Of a stretch of 64,000 bases of DNA, positions 59,080 through 64,000 are shown one piece after another. The position numbers and the translations under genes are program-made. Source of the DNA: Clostridia bacterium. Its GTDB lineage: Bacteria; Bacillota; Clostridia; TANB77; CAG-508. The notes beneath the pieces are model-generated. The model ran no database searches. It saw nothing but the letters and a program-made list of their open reading frames with translations, and was not told the origin of the DNA. Location of the stretch: positions 11,477 through 75,476 of the forward strand of contig JAFWYK010000002.1 of the NCBI GenBank assembly GCA_017517685.1, read 5' to 3'. Every line of letters begins with the position of its first letter. Within the stretch, counting starts at the first letter, position 1.

Positions 59080-60024
59080 TTATTTCACTCGACGTCTCAG
59101 CAATTTTGCCTCGAGCCAAGTAGACAGATAGTCATAGATTTCCAGATGATTGGCTTCATGCAGGATATCATGACGCAGTCCAGGATACATTTTCAAAGTG
59201 GTATCACGTAGACCTGTGCGGATGAAAGACGCATAGAGTTTTTCGACTCCCTTACCGAAATCCCCTACGGGATCATCCTCACCGGAGATAATCAGGATTG
59301 GCAGTTTTTTTCTCATTACGGCTACGTTCATCGGGTCCTGAGCATAAGCAATGCCGCTAAGCATTTCTCTGAACAGTCCAGGTGTAACATAGTTGCCTCT
59401 CTTGCGATCAGCAATGTAAGCGTCCAGACCATTACGGTCAGAACACAGCCAATCAAATCCAGTGCGATTCGGTGCAAAATGCCTGTTGTAAGTATCGAAG
59501 GTAAGCATATCAATGAAATCACTCTCATCTCCATCTCCACATCTTAACTTTTCAATCCAGGCCGCGAACAGTCCAATCTTAATCTCGAAAGATGCCTTAT
59601 TGCCGCTTCCCATAATGATGGCAGCATCGACTTTCTTCGGATAGTTGATCAGGTATGTTCTCACGAGGTAAGACCCCAGTGAAAATCCCATCATCCCGTA
59701 AGGAATGCCAGGATATCTTGCCTTGGTGTTTTCAAGCAGTCTGTCCAAATCTTCAACTGCGTAATTCCAGCTACCTTTCGGGCCAAAATACATTTCGGGT
59801 GCGTCTGCTGCAACAGACATGCCATGACCAATGTGATCGTTGCCAATAACAACAAATCCTTTACTTACCAAAAACTTTGCGAAAGCATCATATCTGTCGA
59901 TATATTCGGTGATGCCATGCGCGATTTGCAAAACGGCAATCGGTTCTTGGTCAGGTACCCATTCGATTGCATGGATTTTTGTAACTCCATCATAAGAGTC
60001 GTACGCGAATTCTCGTTTCTTCAT
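59080..60024 (-). CDS. Alpha/beta hydrolase (lysophospholipase/monoglyceride lipase-like), GC-rich
   Basis: GFSLGS nucleophile elbow (GxSxG); HGITEY; visibly GC-richer than neighbours. Confidence 0.7.
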   Translation of the reverse strand: MKKREFAYDSYDGVTKIHAIEWVPDQEPIAVLQIAHGITEYIDRYDAFAKFLVSKGFVVIGNDHIGHGMSVAADAPEMYFGPKGSWNYAVEDLDRLLENTKARYPGIPYGMMGFSLGSYLVRTYLINYPKKVDAAIIMGSGNKASFEIKIGLFAAWIEKLRCGDGDESDFIDMLTFDTYNRHFAPNRTGFDWLCSDRNGLDAYIADRKRGNYVTPGLFREMLSGIAYAQDPMNVAVMRKKLPILIISGEDDPVGDFGKGVEKLYASFIRTGLRDTTLKMYPGLRHDILHEANHLEIYDYLSTWLEAKLLRRRVK

Positions 60025-60229
60025 AGAAATAATCCCCCTTTGGTGTATATAAAACTGAGATATATCAGCACATAAATAACTTCATTTGTTCCATTATAAT
60101 GATGCTGAGCGACGAAAGAAAACACTACTTAAAGTGCTTCTTATTTTCATTCTAACACTAATAATTTTCAAATACAAATACTTTTTTAAAAATAAAAAAA
60201 GAGTAGTTTCCACTACTCCTAAAATCTGC

Positions 60230-61012
60230 TTAAAACAATGCTTTTACATCTTCAGCTCTTTTATATCCTTCTTTATAAAAATTATTTACATTATCATTTA
60301 AATAATCATTTCTATAACATAATTCTAATGTTATTGGACCTTCATAATTGCAGTCTATTAATTTTTCTTTTACTAAATTCCAATTTAAAGTACCATCAAA
60401 TGGCAATAAGTGTTGATCTGAAGTTCCATCATTATCATGAAGATGAACTGCAAAAATTCTATTTTTAACAAATTCATGATCAAATTTATCGTTAAAATGT
60501 ACATGAAAATGTCCAGAATCAAAACACATTCCAACATGACTTTCTTTTATATTTCCAAGAACATATTCTAAATATCCTCTTATTTTTGTATTTTCAAATG
60601 CTACTTTAACATTTTGTTCTTTTGCATAATCTGTTATTTTCTTTATTCTTTCTAATCCAAGTTCATTATAATCTGGAGCAATATGTTTACTTGTTAAATG
60701 CATTACTACTAAATTTATACCATTTTCTTTACATTCTCTAATATTTCTTTTATATCTTTCTACTAGTAAATCTCCTTCTTCTCCTTTTTTCCATATTGAA
60801 TTTATATTTTGATATCCTAAATGAGCAAATATAATATTTAATCCTTTTGATTTTATATACTCTATTTGTCTTTCTTGAGAATATTCCCAAGAATCATTAT
60901 CATACCATTGAACAAATACATTTTTAAATCCTGATTCTTTAATAGCATCAATTGTTTCTATAACTGATACTGACTTATTTTCATATTGAACTGCTACAGC
61001 TAATTCTCTCAT
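60230..61012 (-). CDS. Sugar phosphate isomerase/epimerase (xylose-isomerase-like TIM barrel)
   Basis: 260 aa; conserved E/H/D metal-ligand spacing typical of AP endonuclease 2-like TIM barrels. Confidence 0.65.
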   Translation of the reverse strand: MRELAVAVQYENKSVSVIETIDAIKESGFKNVFVQWYDNDSWEYSQERQIEYIKSKGLNIIFAHLGYQNINSIWKKGEEGDLLVERYKRNIRECKENGINLVVMHLTSKHIAPDYNELGLERIKKITDYAKEQNVKVAFENTKIRGYLEYVLGNIKESHVGMCFDSGHFHVHFNDKFDHEFVKNRIFAVHLHDNDGTSDQHLLPFDGTLNWNLVKEKLIDCNYEGPITLELCYRNDYLNDNVNNFYKEGYKRAEDVKALF

Positions 61013-61104
61013 ATAACAACTACCTCCTACTACTGTCTATTAATTAATATGACAAGATACCTTAATATTTTACCACATTTTGAGTATGCTTTCAATCTCA
61101 CATT

Positions 61105-61133
61105 TTGACTTTTATGTTAACTCATGCTATAAT
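61105..61133 (+). promoter_or_regulatory. Near-consensus sigma-A promoter with extended -10
   Basis: TTGACT - 17 nt - TGcTATAAT, about 100 nt upstream of the 61236 start. Confidence 0.5.
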
Positions 61134-61235
61134 TATTGTATGAGTTTTACTCATATATTTCCCGTGGTGGGCTCGTCTCTTACTACTATACTTGATGGTG
61201 CCCACTGCCGTACATGTGGGAGAATGAGGATTAAG

Positions 61236-61766
61236 ATGAATAAGAAGACTCTTCGGCACAAGGGAATCCACACTGTTCGCGGTACTTACAGCACTGTTTA
61301 CAAGGATGTTAACTTTTCAAGAAGCCATCCTTTTGCATCATATGCAATCATTGTAGCAGTTCTGATTCTCGTCGCACTTTTGATGGTCCCTGTCTTTTTC
61401 AAGACTTCATCTATTACAATTTACAATCCCGATTCTAATAGTTGGACAAAGCAAATCACGGCTTATTCAAGCCAAATGATAAGTGAGAAAAAACTTTCTC
61501 GCCAAAACATTGATTTGTTCAAATCTAACAATTACATCGTTGTTGTTGATTGTAATTATGAATGTATCGACATCGCATACCAATACTCGGATTCAAACGA
61601 GTGGCTTGTGCCCGGTTCTATTTACCTCGGTAACGATCAATACTCAATCAATGCTGTCCCTGTTACATTAAATCGCAGTATTAACGCAAAATATGTAACA
61701 TACCGAATTGAGATTTACACCGACTCTGGAACCGAAACGGTATACTTCTCAACTAAGTTTCAATAA
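61236..61766 (+). CDS. Single-pass membrane-anchored hypothetical protein, GC-richer
   Basis: Start set at MNKKTLRHKG because GAGGA lies 5 nt upstream; TM helix IIVAVLILVALLMVPVFF; opposite strand to all neighbours. Confidence 0.45.
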   Translation: MNKKTLRHKGIHTVRGTYSTVYKDVNFSRSHPFASYAIIVAVLILVALLMVPVFFKTSSITIYNPDSNSWTKQITAYSSQMISEKKLSRQNIDLFKSNNYIVVVDCNYECIDIAYQYSDSNEWLVPGSIYLGNDQYSINAVPVTLNRSINAKYVTYRIEIYTDSGTETVYFSTKFQ

Positions 61767-61781
61767 CCCCACATTCTAAAG

Positions 61782-61811
61782 TCCGAGCTTGCTCGGGCTT
61801 TTTGCTTTTTT
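61782..61811 (+). terminator. GC-rich intrinsic terminator
   Basis: CCGAGCttgCTCGGG followed by TTTTGCTTTTTT. Confidence 0.6.
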
Positions 61812-61850
61812 AAGCATAAAAAAAGTAGCATCTACTGCTACTTTGTCAAC

Positions 61851-62324
61851 TTAATATATACTAACTTCCTCGACATCTTTTCCAACTTCAACTAAAACAA
61901 TAAAACCTGATATTTCATCAGTCATTGCTTCTTCTCCTGAAGCATATTGGATTGTTGTCATTATATTTAAATGTGCTCCTGTATGAAGCAAGTTTACAGC
62001 TGCTAAGGCATCACTTGGATGATATGATTTAAATGCTAATGCTAAAGAATTCTTTTCAAAAAAATCTTTGTCATATTCTGACCTTTCAATTTTGCTTACA
62101 TAAGCTTTTGAAGAATCTTCATCATCTAATGAAATAAGATTTTTATATTCATCATAAGTATCAATAATCATTGTATCAAAATCAGAAACATATCCACTTT
62201 CTATTACTCTATGATAATATTTTTGACTATCTAATGATTTAACTCCGTAAAAAATTGATATACCTATTATAATTATAATTCCTATCCATTTTAGTTTTTT
62301 TACCATTGTGATCACCTCAAACAT
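61851..62324 (-). CDS. Membrane-anchored hypothetical protein
   Basis: N-terminal TM helix (WIGIIIIIGISIFYGV); no recognisable motif. Confidence 0.35.
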   Translation of the reverse strand: MFEVITMVKKLKWIGIIIIIGISIFYGVKSLDSQKYYHRVIESGYVSDFDTMIIDTYDEYKNLISLDDEDSSKAYVSKIERSEYDKDFFEKNSLALAFKSYHPSDALAAVNLLHTGAHLNIMTTIQYASGEEAMTDEISGFIVLVEVGKDVEEVSIY

Positions 62325-62380
62325 TATTTTGATATAAATATTCTATAATTAAGTATTATAAATGTCAAATTTTTTAGAAT

Positions 62381-62409
62381 AAAAAAAGACAGATTTTAAA
62401 ATCTGTCTT
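62381..62409 (-). terminator. Intrinsic terminator immediately after tRNA-Leu
   Basis: AAAGACAGATtttaaaATCTGTCTTT with a T-run on the minus strand. Confidence 0.6.
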
Positions 62410-62492
62410 TGGTGCCCGAGGCGGGACTCGAACCCGCATGGTTTCCCGCACGATTTTGAGTCGTGTGCGTCTGCCAATTCCGCCACTTGGGC
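62410..62492 (-). tRNA. tRNA-Leu (anticodon CAA) with encoded CCA
   Basis: Cloverleaf by eye: acceptor GCCCAAG/CTCGGGC, D-arm GCG-GAATTGGCAGA-CGC, anticodon loop CTCAAAA, long variable arm, T-arm GCGGG-TTCGAGT-CCCGC, ACCA end. Confidence 0.85.
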
Positions 62493-62591
62493 ATCCTTCT
62501 TGGTACGCTTTTTATCTTAACACATATTTTTTTAGTTGTCCATACTAAAAACAAAAAATGGGAAGATTATTTTTCTTCCCACTTTTATTTT

Positions 62592-63767
62592 TTATAAAAT
62601 GTCTGATTTAAAACTTGTTCCGTTTTCAAGTTTTTCCATATCAAATATATCAAGTATTGTTGCAGATATATCTGCAAATGTATCTCTTGTTCCAAGGTTA
62701 ACATTTGATTTTAAATTTCTACCATAAGCAATAATTGGAATATACTCTCTTGAATGATCTGTACTTGGTGTACTTGGATCGTTTCCATGATCTGCTGTTA
62801 AAATTAGAATATCATCATCTTTTAAAGCTTGCATAATTTCAGGTAATTTTTTATCAAATTCTTCTAATGCTTTAGCATATCCTTCAATATTATTTCTATG
62901 TCCATATAACATATCAAAATCTACTAAGTTAGTAAATATCATATCCTCTTCAGCATTTTTTATAGCGTCAATAGTTTTCTCTATACCATCAGCATTTCCA
63001 TTTGTATGTATTGCTCTATTAATTCCTCTTCCTGAGAATAAATCTTCTATTTTACCGATTGCTAAAACTTTTTTGTTATTATCTTGGAATACATCAAGCA
63101 TTGTTTTTCCAAAGTCTTCTGCTTCCCAATCTTTTCTATTATAAGTTCTTGTAAAGTCACTTGAACAAGTACCAATAAATGGTCTTGCAATAACTGTACC
63201 AATTCCATAACCTAATTCATCAATTGTATCTCTTGCGATTTTACATAGTTTATGTAATTCTTCAACAGACATCATATCTTCATGCGCTGCAATTTGAAAT
63301 ACACTATCAGCAGAAGTATATACAATAGGTTTACCTGTTTTTATTGATTCTTCACCATACTTTTCTAAGAAATATGTACCAGAACCTTTTTCATTACAAA
63401 TAAATCCTTCTATATTTCCTCTTCTAGCTATTTCATCTAATAACTCACTTGGGAAACCATCATAATAAACTTTAAATGGTTCATCTTTGATAAATCCTGC
63501 TATTTCCCAATGTCCTACTGGACTATTTTTACCTTTAGTTTTTTCAGCAGCTTTACCATAAATACCGATTGGCATTTCATCTTTTTCATCAATATTAAGT
63601 CCATCAATATTATATAGACCTAATTTTCTTAAATTTGGAAGATTCATTTTAGTATTATTATAAATGCCTTCAATTGTGTTACTTCCAACATCTCCATATT
63701 CAGCAGCATCTGGTGCTTCACCAACGCCAAAACTATCTAAAACTATTATAACGGCTCTTTTAATCAT
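62592..63767 (-). CDS. deoB: Phosphopentomutase
   Basis: MIKRAVIIVLDSFGVGEAPDA... and DHGNDP metal-binding region. Confidence 0.9.
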   Translation of the reverse strand: MIKRAVIIVLDSFGVGEAPDAAEYGDVGSNTIEGIYNNTKMNLPNLRKLGLYNIDGLNIDEKDEMPIGIYGKAAEKTKGKNSPVGHWEIAGFIKDEPFKVYYDGFPSELLDEIARRGNIEGFICNEKGSGTYFLEKYGEESIKTGKPIVYTSADSVFQIAAHEDMMSVEELHKLCKIARDTIDELGYGIGTVIARPFIGTCSSDFTRTYNRKDWEAEDFGKTMLDVFQDNNKKVLAIGKIEDLFSGRGINRAIHTNGNADGIEKTIDAIKNAEEDMIFTNLVDFDMLYGHRNNIEGYAKALEEFDKKLPEIMQALKDDDILILTADHGNDPSTPSTDHSREYIPIIAYGRNLKSNVNLGTRDTFADISATILDIFDMEKLENGTSFKSDIL

Positions 63768-63807
63768 AATTTTATCCCTCGTACATGAATTTAGGTTTTT
63801 AAGATCC

Positions 63808-64000
63808 TATAACTTAGTTCTCAATTGTTTTAATATCAACATCATATTCATAAACAAATATATCTTTTGTTTTTGGTAATATTAAATTATTACTTTCAGC
63901 AAAGTAGTTGTTTGTTTTGAATTTATTTTTAGATACTAAATTAAATTCTAATCTCTTTGTATCAATAAGTACTGTTGTAGCTTCATCCATTCCTATTGGT
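63808..64000 (-). CDS. C-terminal fragment of an unidentified protein (5' part outside window)
   Basis: Open frame ...PIGMDEATTVLIDTKRLEF...YEYDVDIKTIEN stop. Confidence 0.3.

Noticed and set aside
59328-59849. Two short ORFs inside the alpha/beta hydrolase gene
   Set aside because: GC-rich regions generate long spurious frames; the hydrolase frame carries the GxSxG motif.
1-64000. CRISPR arrays, IS elements/transposases, rRNA genes
   Set aside because: No regularly spaced direct repeats, no transposase-like ORFs or terminal inverted repeats, and no rRNA-like conserved stretches were seen.

Overview
This 64 kb window is strongly AT-rich and looks like a spore-forming, low-GC Firmicutes (Clostridia-like) chromosome; spoIIM sits next to xerD and DHHW/MBOAT genes are present. 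Nearly all genes are on the minus strand. Most are housekeeping or salvage genes: tyrS, ispG, truB, rlmH, guaA, an AlaX-type editing protein, rnpB (RNase P RNA), two Nudix hydrolases, mtnN, apt, an acyl-CoA ligase, acpP, an ECF sigma/anti-sigma pair, an AI-2E transporter, a fused MacB-type ABC transporter, a CaCA antiporter, tRNA-Leu(CAA) and deoB. The most unusual block is at 43.0-50.2 kb. It is a single-strand operon encoding a membrane-anchored cohesin-like protein, a ~1070 aa cohesin-like plus multi-Big_2 surface protein with an SPHTG sorting signal, a class B sortase, and a secreted transglutaminase-like (C-H-D) protein ending in a canonical type-I dockerin. This looks like a non-cellulosomal cohesin-dockerin tethering system whose cargo is a transglutaminase-like enzyme rather than a glycoside hydrolase. 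Other points of interest are several single-gene, visibly GC-richer islands with GC-rich terminators. These include a RiPP-type radical SAM/SPASM enzyme at the window start, two small Cys-rich ORFs and an alpha/beta hydrolase. A bacterial Thg1-like protein lies next to truB. An MBOAT-DHHW pair sits near an HxxxDG acyltransferase. GC-rich palindromes overlap the acpP promoter. No CRISPR array, IS element or rRNA was found. All calls come from reading the ORF translations and raw sequence by eye; no searches were run.
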